A stretch of 63,991 nucleotides of DNA, filler included, from Dirinaria sp. TL-2023a (taxonomy: Eukaryota), in assembly GCA_051941275.1 (NCBI GenBank). It is 5 parts of 5 records of this genome, joined end to end, with 100 filler letters (N's around TTAATTAATTAA, not from the genome) between each part and the next. Parts side by side here need not be neighbours in the genome. Positions count along the whole stretch, not along the records: positions 52,284 to 63,991 come from JAVEBF010000824.1; 4 more parts are not named here. The stretch is one strand, 5' to 3'. Of the stretch, positions 52,184-63,271 are shown in pieces (the stretch's first letter is position 1; the number at the start of each line of letters is the position of its first letter). Made by a program: the position numbers and the translations under genes. The notes beneath the pieces were generated by a model, which worked only from the letters and a program-made list of their open reading frames with translations, made no database searches and was not told the DNA's origin.

Positions 52184-52283
52184 NNNNNNNNNNNNNNNNN
52201 NNNNNNNNNNNNNNNNNNNNNNNNNNNTTAATTAATTAANNNNNNNNNNNNNNNNNNNNNNNNNNNNNNNNNNNNNNNNNNNN
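52184..52283. other. Artificial contig linker
   Basis: N44-TTAATTAATTAA-N44. Confidence 0.98.
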
Positions 52284-52842
52284 GAACATCACCAAACCAA
52301 ATAAATCTTAGACACAAAAGAAAAAGGGGGTTGAACGAATTCATGTACAATCCCGTTCATGTCTGATCTGTCATGCTAATCTGAAGCGCCTCCTCTCGTC
52401 AAGGAGGAAAAAAAGAAGTGCATCGCTATACGTCATTTAGAATTTTACCATGTTGCTCTTCCCTCCTCTCTCTGCTCGAGGTTTTTGAGCAGGAAATTAT
52501 TGAAAGCTTTCTAACTCAAATCTTGACTCACATATCTCACTCCTTATCTTGTTTTCTTCTCTCTCTCTCGTGTACTAACAAAAAGCACCTCGGATTCAAT
52601 TCTGCCAACAAAGAAACTGAAGAAAACAAAGGATTGGCGGAGATTAGGCTAGAGACGGGAGGGAAAGGGGCGAGCGGAGTTTTATCGAGAGCTGATTTAG
52701 AGGGAATAAGAAAAAAATGGAGGAAAAGTAAATTAGTAAAAGAAGAAAGCAGGAGTTCCGAACGATCTCGACCAGCGATTTTGCCTGCTTTTGATTTTCC
52801 AGTTTCATCGAACTTTTTCTGTGGGATTGGCCGCTCGAAGAG

Positions 52843-54291
52843 TTACTGGCTCTTGATCCGGGCCGCTTCACCGCCGTAGCGGCTCGTAGTCATGCAGAAC
52901 ATGACATTCCCAACAGCTGCCAACCCCACCGCCTCCAGAAACCACCAGTCCTCGTTACTCAGCCCTTGCGATTGAAGACTCTTGATCTGGACCATCATAT
53001 CCTCCTCGACCTGCAACTGCAGCGACCACGCAACACGTTTTGCATCGTCGGTGGCCCGTAACGAGGTTACATTCTTTAAAACGTCAACAATATTGATCAT
53101 GATCCCACCACCGTTTTCCAGAGCCTGAAGCTCTTTGTCGTAGGAGGCCAGATCGTTGGCTAGAATCCCGTGGTCGGCGATGAGAGACAGGTAGCGTTGG
53201 AAGCGAGCATCATTGACACATACGCTAGATTCGACGCTGAATTTTGCGGCCGCGATCATGAACCTGGTAGAAAATCGACGTTAGTAAAATCTCTTGAGAT
53301 AATCAACTTACTTGTCTGAATGACTGGATTCACGCTGCGCCGACGTTTATACGCCGGAAATGAAGGTATTCGTCCACGCTCTGAAAAACCCTCGCGGGAC
53401 GAACATGGTGGAAGGCGTCGCGCAGGCCATGCAACATCTCTTTACCGCCGTCTCCGCCGGCTAGGTCTTCCAGTTCGATACATTGAAGAATCTCGTTCAT
53501 ATGGCTTTGGAAAGAATTGGGCTGTGGATCAGGGCTTAGGTTCCCATCGAGACATGGCAGGAGATTATCCCGGAATGCCTTGAGCTATAATCCCAATCAA
53601 TGATGACAGAAGAGACCATCAGCAAACATCTTCAATATACCTCCTCATTTGGAATCGCCTCGAACTTATCTAGAGGTCGGATCAGCGGTACATATCGGTC
53701 GAAACAGACTCTAGACGCACCATCAAACACAAAGAGAATTATCATTAAGGCAGATATCATTTTGATCCGTTGTCGATTGGCGCAGGGAAACATATAATGT
53801 GCGGCGAGTGCCATATGATGCTCCTGTCCCCGCTGAAGTGCCTTCTTCGCCAATTGCGACAGGGTAACTCCATGGTTGAGCTCGATGTCACGCGCCGAGG
53901 TGTCCGAGGCAAGCAGCTTCAGTAGCGTGACCGCTTCACTCAGATTCTGCTCATAGAACTTGCTGGCGTAAACATGGTAAAGACTTGATCGATACGGTAA
54001 TCCGGCCGCCAGTGGATGAAGTTCGACTGAGTTGTCTAATAAGAATGGGCTCTTTGCTGTTGCGCCGCTGGGTAGAGAAAATGGACCCCGTTGAATATGT
54101 AGAGGCAGAGCTGGTAGTGGGTCATATACGTAGCCAATAGAAGGCAGATAAGCGTTATCTGAACAGCCAGCTAGCTTGCTGAGATCTATGTTTTGACTGT
54201 GGCTGCTATCGGAGATTGTGTCAGAAACATTGAAGATGGTGCTAACGTACGTGCGTAAAGCGCTGAGCCGAGACGTATTCGAGGGGGCCAT
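52843..54291 (-). CDS. Class I terpene synthase/cyclase; exons 54291-53721, 53669-53641, 53584-53334, 53263-52843
   Basis: Spliced DDKFE metal-binding motif, EYLHFRRINVGA (effector Arg), NSE/DTE motif NDLASYDKE and C-terminal RY pair. Confidence 0.85.
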
Positions 54292-55959
54292 AATGGCTCA
54301 AAGAACAAAGCAATATTTCTTTCCAATCGTTGCAGCTTTTCAATATGCTAAACAGAAACTGCCTGTAATCGGTCTCGTTTGACGACAGTCAATGCCAAAC
54401 ATCGGCACACAAAAAACCTCAGATGTGAAAGACTTTTAAGTTCGGCTGTTTAAGTAACACTGGTCCAAAAAGATAGATGCAGAACTTTGGAATGCCTCAG
54501 TATTGTAGAGTGGACAGCGGCCAGTATCGACTCAATTTTTTTATGCGTGCGTTCCAAAAAGGTAGGACGTTTGCAGTACATGAACTTGATCGGTTTTCCA
54601 TCTCCCTTAATACCCGATTCACACCGCTAATATTCAATCAGCAGATACTTAGCGTATCGCGTACCTCCGTACGCTAGGAAATTCCGTATCCGGACGACGG
54701 CCTGATCGTGGTGTAGTCGTCGACAAGGGAACTCTGCGCCTTGAAGACGACCAGATGGTAATCTATAGATTAAGTCAATAATGTTGAAATCTAGAATCGC
54801 ATGTCTGCAGGGTGCTAGATATATAGTCTGACATTGCCACACAGTCCTAAGGCCAAGATGGCATCGCGATCACGTAATCCGGAAGTTTAACGCCACAAGC
54901 CAAAGTATGCCAAATTAAGCGCGATCGCTACCACCAGTAAGAACCAGAGGAGGTCAAACGAAATTTCCGTGTTATACGACAATAATATTAATGCCATAGG
55001 TGGCCATGCGTATGATTTGGTGGATCATAATCACGTAAAAGCTATGGAATCAAGAGATTCCTGGAATACAAAAACGGATACGTGTGGGAGGTACGGGTCT
55101 AATCCCGATTAAGCAGTGCCTCCACAAACACACTAAGACTAACTAGGCACAAATAGTCATCCTCCACTTGTATAGACCCTACCCTAGGGAAATTCCATAA
55201 CAGTACAATACGAGTCGCCCAGACCATTTAGCCCCCAGTCTTAAGGTAAAATACCTTCACAAGATAATTTGCACCTATACTCGCCAAAATGCACTTACAG
55301 TCATAGTTCGAATGCACTGATGAGGCTTCACGGCGCTGCTGCTATGCCTCAATCATGCGACAGTGCCGAGGTATATGGCATGAGTAAGTCTAGCATGCAA
55401 TCAAATGACCATGAGACTGCCTATATGCGGCGAGGTTAATGCGAGGCAGACATACACCGGCGCCATCCAGACTGTCTCCTTCAAGTACCCCAGTCAAGCT
55501 AGGGTACTTTGAACAGCGACCGATAACGCAGGGAGCAGCTTTCTGGGTCAGTGTGCGCAAGACCTAAAGACGCATAATGCCACGGACTCAACTTATTCCA
55601 AACCACAAGAACGGAAGTGATTGGTCTCTTGATGATCTGACGGCGTATGAGGTCCATGGACTGTTGGAGACCGCTCCTCGACCCAGCGGATAATAGGCCA
55701 ATGGTAATGTGTGACTAATCAAGGGCAGATCTTGCCCCCTGAGTCGCAGTAGATTATGTTTCGAGTCGGTATATCGGTGAGATTCTTTGTCTACTGCACA
55801 ATGAGAAGAGAAAATGGTATATGATCAACGGAAAGGCTTCAGAGGATATGCTGAAATCGACTGATCATGGTTCTAATACTCATGTTGGTCCGCCAGGTTA
55901 ATCCGCAGAGCCCAATTTGCCAGCCTGGTTGCCGTCAATGCCGTACAACCGAAGCAGTA

Positions 55960-58249
55960 TCATGCCACTCTTGCATGCTTTAGAAACTCAGTGGGCTCCT
56001 TCCTTGGATTGAATGTCGCCTCCCATGCATTCATCACTTTTATCAGAGTCGAGTCCTTGTGGCGCGGGGCCATCACCAGCAAGCCGACTGGTCGACCATT
56101 GAAGTCCAGATAAGACATGGGCAGAGTCCCAATTGGAAATTTTGGATATACCATGTGTTAGACGATGTGCCAGAGAAATGGAAATGTAACCGAAGAGGCT
56201 TGAAAGCAAGATCAATGATATGAACGAAGAGAAAGGAGCCTTACCGCCAGCTGCTGCATACTCACTGAGTATGCAGTCCCCCGGGGCAATCAGAACATCA
56301 ATGTCGTATTTCTTGACCATATCATCAAAGTTTGCAGCGACTGCTTTCGCATGGGCAACCAGCTTCTCACGAGTTTCGACGGAATTGGCGGAGTTGGCAA
56401 AGGCAAGACCTTGTTCAAGCAGCTCTTGATTCGGATACTCTGTGTTATCGTGTCATTAGTTGGTTCAAAGATCATGCAATTCGCCGTACCTTTTGTGAGC
56501 GCTTCTTCCGCATGGGCGGAGTTCCAATCAACGAGCTCTTGCAGGCTCTTGACCTTACTCGTACGGAGACTTCCAAGATAGTTGTCCATATTGTGTTTTA
56601 GGTCTGCGGCTGCGAAGCATTAGGTACATCAGGAGCATGGGATTTGCGAGCCTCACTCATCAGGAATTCAACTGCATTTTTCCCATCACATTCAAAAGCT
56701 GATAGTGGAAGGAGTGGAACATTCTCATGGAAACTTTTTGCAAGGCTTTTGATTTTGGCGTAAGCAGCCCTGGTATCATCAAGCTAACAGAATCAGTAAT
56801 TTAGACCCCATGTGGAATATAGTCTGACTGGGCGACGTACTATCTGTTTCGTAGCGTTAGGAACGGGTTTGACGAACCAACCAGGCAGTTGCCAGTTTTC
56901 CGGATCCAAGGTGCCGACTTTGAGACCAGACCAAGTGGTAGTCATTGCAGACGCATAGCTGCCGTCAGGTACATTGGTCTTCCAATGGTCAACTAGAATA
57001 TCAAGGAGCATGGCAATATCCTCGGCTGTTTTGCCAAGCGGTCCTGCTGTGTCAAAACGTGCGGTGATCGGCACAATGTTGGATGGATCCACGAGTCCAT
57101 GAGTTGGTTTTATAGTATACAACGAAGCTCTTGTTGCGGGAGCGACGAGAGAACCAATAGTCTCCGTTCCCAAAGCTATTGGGGCCAGGCCTGCGCTGAC
57201 AGCGATAGCGCTTCCGGACGAGGAGCCGAGAGGGTTCTGTTTTGCTATCAGTGATAGAAGATTTCGGGGTATGCATTCGGGACCGGTACGCTATGACCTC
57301 CAATACTGTCACTCCAGTCCAACCCTCCGCGGACGTACGCTGACTGCGCCTGACCAGCTGCTGCGGACCACGCACAGCGAATGTTCTTACGCCTTGGACG
57401 GTTAGCTTTAACTTGGAATCACCAGTACAGGAAGATTGAAATACTTGTGGAAGCCCAGCTCCTAAACGACAGTCAGCCTTAGAGCGTTTGGGAGAGCAAG
57501 GGAGGGAGACTGACGGATAGAGTTGTTGTACCAAGTACGATTGCGCCAGCGTCCAGCAGCTAAAACCGCAGTCAATGAAAAAGTCCAGCCTTCAACGTAA
57601 AAGATCCACCCAGAAATGATAGCTGATTATCCTGCTACCTCACGGTGACGAAAGACTATGCTTGAAATGCTGCTGAATTGCAAGTAGCCTGTCGTAATAT
57701 GAATGGCTGCCACCGCAGCTCCAGAAATACATTATGGCTCTACTCAACACTTGACGACAAGAGTGAACGGACTTACCTTGTCTATAACTGGAGCACCATT
57801 TGACTTCGATCCTATCAAAGCCACGGCTCCGGCGTTGGTCTCCATGCTGAGAGCTTCACTCGTGGCGATATTTCCCTAGCCAATTTCAATGAGAAGTCAC
57901 TCGACTGTAGCATTGTACCAACCTTGACAAGAATCGGTATGCCATGTAATGCTCCCAGAATCTTACCATCTTGCCGCAGTGTATCCAGCTGACGTGCCCG
58001 ATCCATGGCACCCGGAGCAAGCTGATACACGGCCCCGAGCCATTCATTGTACAAGCAGATCGAGCGCTGGTACTCTTCCACGAGCTGGGTACTTTGGAGG
58101 CATCCAGTGCCAAGAGCCTCTTGAAGAAAGTGCACAGTGGCTGTCATTGTATCGAAGCTCGGAGTGTGGCTGGCGAGATCGGCAAAATGAGGTACCCAAC
58201 CTGCAAGCTTCTGCTTTGACAGGAGTTGAGAGACGGGTGTGGAAGCCAT
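55960..58249 (-). CDS. Amidase-signature family amidase, many introns
   Basis: GALHGIPILVK (catalytic Lys), LLDAGAIVLG, WSAAAGQAQSAYV, NPLGSSSGSA, LGTETIGS, FDTAGP and GRPVGL motifs. Confidence 0.88.
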
Positions 58250-58659
58250 GGTCAAGGCAAGATAAAGTATAGGGAATGTTTTTGTTGTGGTGCAAGGCAA
58301 GATCTGTGGTTGATGTTGGACAGTCGATGAGGCAAGTTGGAAGCGATGGAGGGCAACTGCTGTCGTCGTGTATCAGGCTCTCTCAGCATAAAGATGGAGT
58401 ATCACATCGAAACTCACGCTGTGTCTCACACAACCCCTAGGAGCATAGGAGCGATGTCTCAGGACTTGTCACTCGCGCTATATCCGTAACGACCTGTGAT
58501 AAAGTGGAAATACTGTCAACTTTTCAAGCCAGTACAGTAAATGGATAGTGTCAAAAAGTCTTTATATTTGGTCGAGCTTTAAGAAGGAGTAGTTAAGTTG
58601 GGGGTTAGAAACGAAGGTGGGTGAGATTGTTCAAATCATATCGTGAGTTGGGGACTCTA

Positions 58660-59185
58660 TATTCCACGGGCATTGCCAGCAGGAAGAAGGAGCTCTCAAC
58701 TTCATTTACTGTTCCTACGGTTTTTCTTCATCGGCATTGCAACCATAGGAGATGAAGCTCCTAGCTTCATTGGTGATTCCTACATTTCTTCTTCATCCGC
58801 GTTGCAACTGGAGAAGATGAACCTCCCGGTTTCATATATTGTTTCTACGCTTGTGCTTCATATGCATGGCAAACAGAGGATCTGAAGCCTCCAGCTGCAT
58901 TTTCCGCTCCAACGCTTGTGCTTCCTATGCATGGCAAACAGAGGATATGAAACCCTCGACTTAATTTGTTGTTGCTACACTCCTTCTTCACAGACACTGC
59001 AAAGGTAGGGGGCGAAGCCCCCAGCTTCATCTGCTGTTTCTACTCCCTTCTTCACAGACATTACAAACGGAAAGGATGAAGTACCCGACTTCATTCGCTG
59101 TTCTTCAACTGCTTCTTCACGAACATTACGAATCCAGGAGATGAAGCGCCCAACTTCATTTCCTGTTCCTACGCTCTGTTCCCAC
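58660..59185. repeat. Degenerate tandem array, 8 units of ~65 bp with an ATGAAG-N7-CTTCAT palindromic core
   Basis: TTCAT-type anchors at 58701, 58766, 58831, 58896, 58961, 59026, 59090 and 59155 (spacing 64-65 bp). Confidence 0.85.
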
Positions 59186-59288
59186 CAGGGTTTCACAATG
59201 GTGCCGGCTTCCGATCCAGCGTCTATATATCCCCCCCTCTGTCCCCTCTCAGTGCCCGAATCTCAGAAGGCAAGCTCTCTCACTTACA

Positions 59289-59690
59289 CACCCACTCTCC
59301 CATTTGTCGACAACCAAGCACAGAACCGACTGCACCCATTCTCTGATCTGTCGATAACCTAGCATAGAATCGACTGCACTCACGCTTCTCTCTGTTCATA
59401 ACCAAACATCCGCTACTTTTTGTCTTCCATACCCCATACTTCAGAAAACAGGCTCTTTCATTCTTGCACTCACCCTCTTGTCTGTCGGCGACCAAGCAAA
59501 GAACCAACTGCACCCACTCTCTAATCTATCAACAATCAAGGATAGAACCGACTACACCCGCTCTTCAATCTGTCGACAGCGAAGCATAGAAACGACTACA
59601 CTCACTCTTTAATCTATCGCCAACCAGTCATAGAGCCGACTACACCCACCCTCTTATCTATCCATAGCCAGACATCGAACCCACTACACC
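59289..59690. repeat. Degenerate tandem array of 44-bp units (3 + 5 units) abutting the M20 start codon
   Basis: Consensus approximately CACCCACTCTYYNATCTGTCGACAACCAAGCATAGAACCGACTR, with units starting at 59289, 59333, 59377, 59467, 59511, 59555, 59599 and 59643. Confidence 0.88.
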
Positions 59691-60959
59691 ATGAGCAATC
59701 CCAGCAAGACCCACCAACTTGACTCCATAGTCACCGGTCACTTCCCGGACCTCAAGCCTTTCTCGGATATCTACAGAGATATCCATCAAAACCCAGAGCT
59801 GGGCACGTACGAGGTACGAACCGCTAGTATTGCGGCCAAGCATCTCAAGGATCTTGGCTTCAAAGTTGCCGAGCGGATCGGGGGTTACGGAACAGTCGGC
59901 GTCTTAAGCAATGGCACAGGCAGTACGGTCCTTCTTCGCGCAGATATGGACGCCCTTCCCATCCTCGAGAAGACGAAGCTTCCTTACGCGAGCACCAAAG
60001 TCTTCAAGACTAGAGAAGGCAAGGAAACACCAGTCATGCACGCCTGCGGTCACGACATGAACGTGACAAACCTCATGGCTACGGCCTAGCTTCTTTCTGA
60101 AGCGAAATCGAAGTGGTCAGGAACGCTAATATGCCTGTTCCAGCCTAACGAGGAGAATGGTGCGGGAGCTATGGCGATGGTTAAGGATGGCCTTTACAAC
60201 CACATACCCAGGCCCGACTATTGCCTAGCACAGCACTGCGATTACCGGAGAAGTGGCAACATCGCGATTCGCTCTGGACCATGCGAATCTGCGGCGGACT
60301 CGTTCTTGGTCACAATATACGGGCACGCAGGCCACGCTAGCAAGCCAGAGAGCTGCATAGATCCCATCGTCATGGCGAGCTATGTGATTGTGAGGCTGCA
60401 GGGTATCGTCAGCAGAGTGGTTCCCCCACAAGAGACAGTCGTGGTCACCTGTGGAAGTATCCATGGTGGAGACGCTCACAACAACATACCACCGAGCGTC
60501 GAATTCAAGCTCAATATCCGGACATACAACGACGAAGTCCGCGCCAAAGTGTTGGCGTCGATGAGACGCATAATTGAGGCCGAATGTGAAGCTGCTGGGG
60601 CACCTAGGAAGCCCGATATCAAGCGCACTCACGAGTACCCCTTGACGGATAACGATGCCAAGATGTCAGCAGAGCTTCGAAGTCTTTTCGAAGAATCGTT
60701 CGGTGAGGATCACGTCGAAACAATGGAGCAATTGGCAGGCAGCGAAGACTTTCCGAATTTGGCGCTGCCACACAACACCCCATATGTGATATGGTTTCAA
60801 GGCGCCACTGCCGTCGAGAGGTACGATGAAGCCGTGAGAGCCGGACAAGTAGATCTTTTGCCACAGATACATTCAGATGGGTTTGCTCCAAGCATCAATA
60901 CAACGATGAAGACCGGCGTCCGGGCGTTCTCATTGGCGGCACTGTACTATTTAGCGTAG
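59691..60959 (+). pseudogene. M20D amidohydrolase (hippurate hydrolase-like), intronless, with one in-frame TAG at 60087-60089; pseudogene or recoded gene
   Basis: HQNPELG, LRADMDALP, MHACGHD, FQPNEE, GHAGHAS, GSEDF and IHS motifs. The two ORFs (59691 and 60171) share a frame and the linker between them is fully homologous. Confidence 0.75.
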
Positions 60960-62320
60960 GGTGACGGAAAGTGCTTCACTAGGCCAGACAGGATCCAAGG
61001 TTAACTCTTTTCATAGTGATGAATATAAGTTTACTTGATGGCTCAATAAATTCATTTCCTCATGGTTTAGTAGCTTGCCTGGAGGAAAGAGTGTCTATAT
61101 CGACCACTAATCGAGCTCGAGTTGCATAGGTGCAGTCCCATGGCGCTGTAAACTCAGAAACGTGCGGTCACTGTGGCAGTTCAATGGCAATCTCTACTCC
61201 CTTGACATCTCGCACACGGCTTTTTTTTGAGTTCCTTATCCGTACTGTTCTGCCTGCACAGCCCATTGATCTTTACCCGCAGGTCGGAGTTATGTTTACC
61301 CGAGCAGAAGCCGAAGATGCACTTTAACTAAATCGGCTAGCTCCTCCCTTGTCAAGCCTGCAACTTTCTCTATAGAACAGTCTCCATCACAGAATATTGA
61401 GAGCGACATGGATGAGACTTCATAGTATTCAGCATGTTCATCAAATATCTCTAGTTTCGCTGCTCCTTTCTACTCATCCGTCCCAATAATCGGCCTACTG
61501 TCATCAGCACCATGCTTTGATCAATTCTGTGAGCCAAGAGCATTCTCGTTTTCAGTCCGTAATAATTGTCATTTATGATCACTCTCTTGTACACCAGCAT
61601 TTCACCGACACCGCTATGATTTTGCTTCAATGGTAGTGTATGGAGCAGAACAATCGCCTGGCAAAGCTTTGTTGAGACCGTCTTCCTCCGAATCCATAAT
61701 GGATGAGTCTCTTCCAGCAAGCGGTGAGCAAGACGTCACGAATTTCTTGTTGCTTGTTTCCAAGCCATATGAAATCTCAACGACAACGAACACTATTTTC
61801 TCGCATTCTTTTCTGGCTTGTATTGCCTCTAAATTTCTGTGAAGGTTATGTCTGGTTTTTAAATCCTTCTATGTTCGCTTTGAACGTAGCACCAGGCAAA
61901 GTCTCTATTTCTCTTTATTCTTGGTATCCCGATGCCATACGAACTCTATCATTTTTGGCAATTTTCATTCTTATAGTATGGCAATCTGCTCAGATCAGCA
62001 TTGTTGGTGACTTCCATACATAGCGCACCACGGTACTAACAATGACTTTTCTATGCGTAAGGTCCAAGCAAAGAAGAGTTCAAAGCGCATTCGCCGCATC
62101 GCGTTCAAGTTATCCAGGATGAATTTTATGATGTCTAGCGGGCCAGTCAATTTCGAGATCCGAACGTCATCCATACGGGTACCGCCCGTCGCATCTACGC
62201 CAAATCATTCGTTAGAGCCGCAAAGCTACGTACCTTAGGAGCTTAGCTAATCTATTTAATTGGTATGTCTCCGCCTACGGTACTGAGATTTTGTAGACCT
62301 CGGTTGCATCTCACTCCGCC

Positions 62321-63271
62321 ATGAAACTCCCATACCAAGTCTTGGCACTCACGACCTGTTTTACCTTAATCAGCCATTCCACTGGCGTCACATCCGCCGC
62401 CCTTGTTAACGCCGGCTCTACGACTACTTCATTTCCATCTTTCAACACCACGTCCGTGGGCTTGCCCATCGTCCCCGTCGATCGGTACTTCGCCGTAGAA
62501 TCTGAATTCAGTGACGCCCCCATTGACGAGCTATCATGCCTCATGTTCGGCGTCAATGTCATGGCCGATCTCGCTTTAAAGAACTGGATCGACAGCACAC
62601 CCGCATTCCGTAGTGATCTCCTACCAAAGTACCCTTTAGCCTACGTCGATGTGCAGCCCGAGCCCCCACATACAGATATCCCAAACCGCTTCCTCATCTG
62701 GGGCTTCGAGATGGCATTACGCGAGTACATCATCAGACCCGAATTCGACGAAGCACAATTCCATCTGATGTATAGGAATAAGAGAGTCGGCACTATTAAA
62801 TTCCTTAGCACGCTAGTTCCTTCCCGGGAAACCGCCGAGAATTCAACCTTCGCTCATAGATCTGTTAATAATACATCAAGTACCCCTTTCCTAGCCGCCT
62901 CAAGCGAAAAACCCCACATCATTATCGACTATTTTGCCAGCGCCCGAGTCCTCGATCGCGACAGTGTTTTCCTCGCAGTCTACGCCACGCTCAAAGCCGT
63001 CGCGTTCCCTCGTGCTTCTTCGATCAGCACGGTGCCATTCCAGATACGGCCTGGTGCGGGCCGGAACATCAAGATTGGGTTCTCGTCGAACGATTTCGCG
63101 GGTCAATCGCCCGAACTGCAGTATCGGTGGATCATTGAGGCGCTGCGAGAGGTTCCTGATTGGATGGTCGAGAATGTGTTCAAGGAGGTGATGATGTATG
63201 TCTATTTTGAGAATCTGCTGGTGGGCAGCGGGTCTGTGGATATGCTTGTCGCGCAGGCTTCGACCTCTTAG
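62321..63271 (+). CDS. Secreted hypothetical protein, intronless
   Basis: 316-aa ORF with a signal peptide, several N-glycosylation sequons and a globular amino-acid composition. Confidence 0.7.
   Translation: MKLPYQVLALTTCFTLISHSTGVTSAALVNAGSTTTSFPSFNTTSVGLPIVPVDRYFAVESEFSDAPIDELSCLMFGVNVMADLALKNWIDSTPAFRSDLLPKYPLAYVDVQPEPPHTDIPNRFLIWGFEMALREYIIRPEFDEAQFHLMYRNKRVGTIKFLSTLVPSRETAENSTFAHRSVNNTSSTPFLAASSEKPHIIIDYFASARVLDRDSVFLAVYATLKAVAFPRASSISTVPFQIRPGAGRNIKIGFSSNDFAGQSPELQYRWIIEALREVPDWMVENVFKEVMMYVYFENLLVGSGSVDMLVAQASTS

Noticed and set aside
58660..59185. CRISPR array interpretation of the 65-bp repeats
   Set aside because: The inter-hairpin segments are homologous to each other (some nearly duplicated), the repeats are too divergent, there are no cas genes, and the context is eukaryotic.
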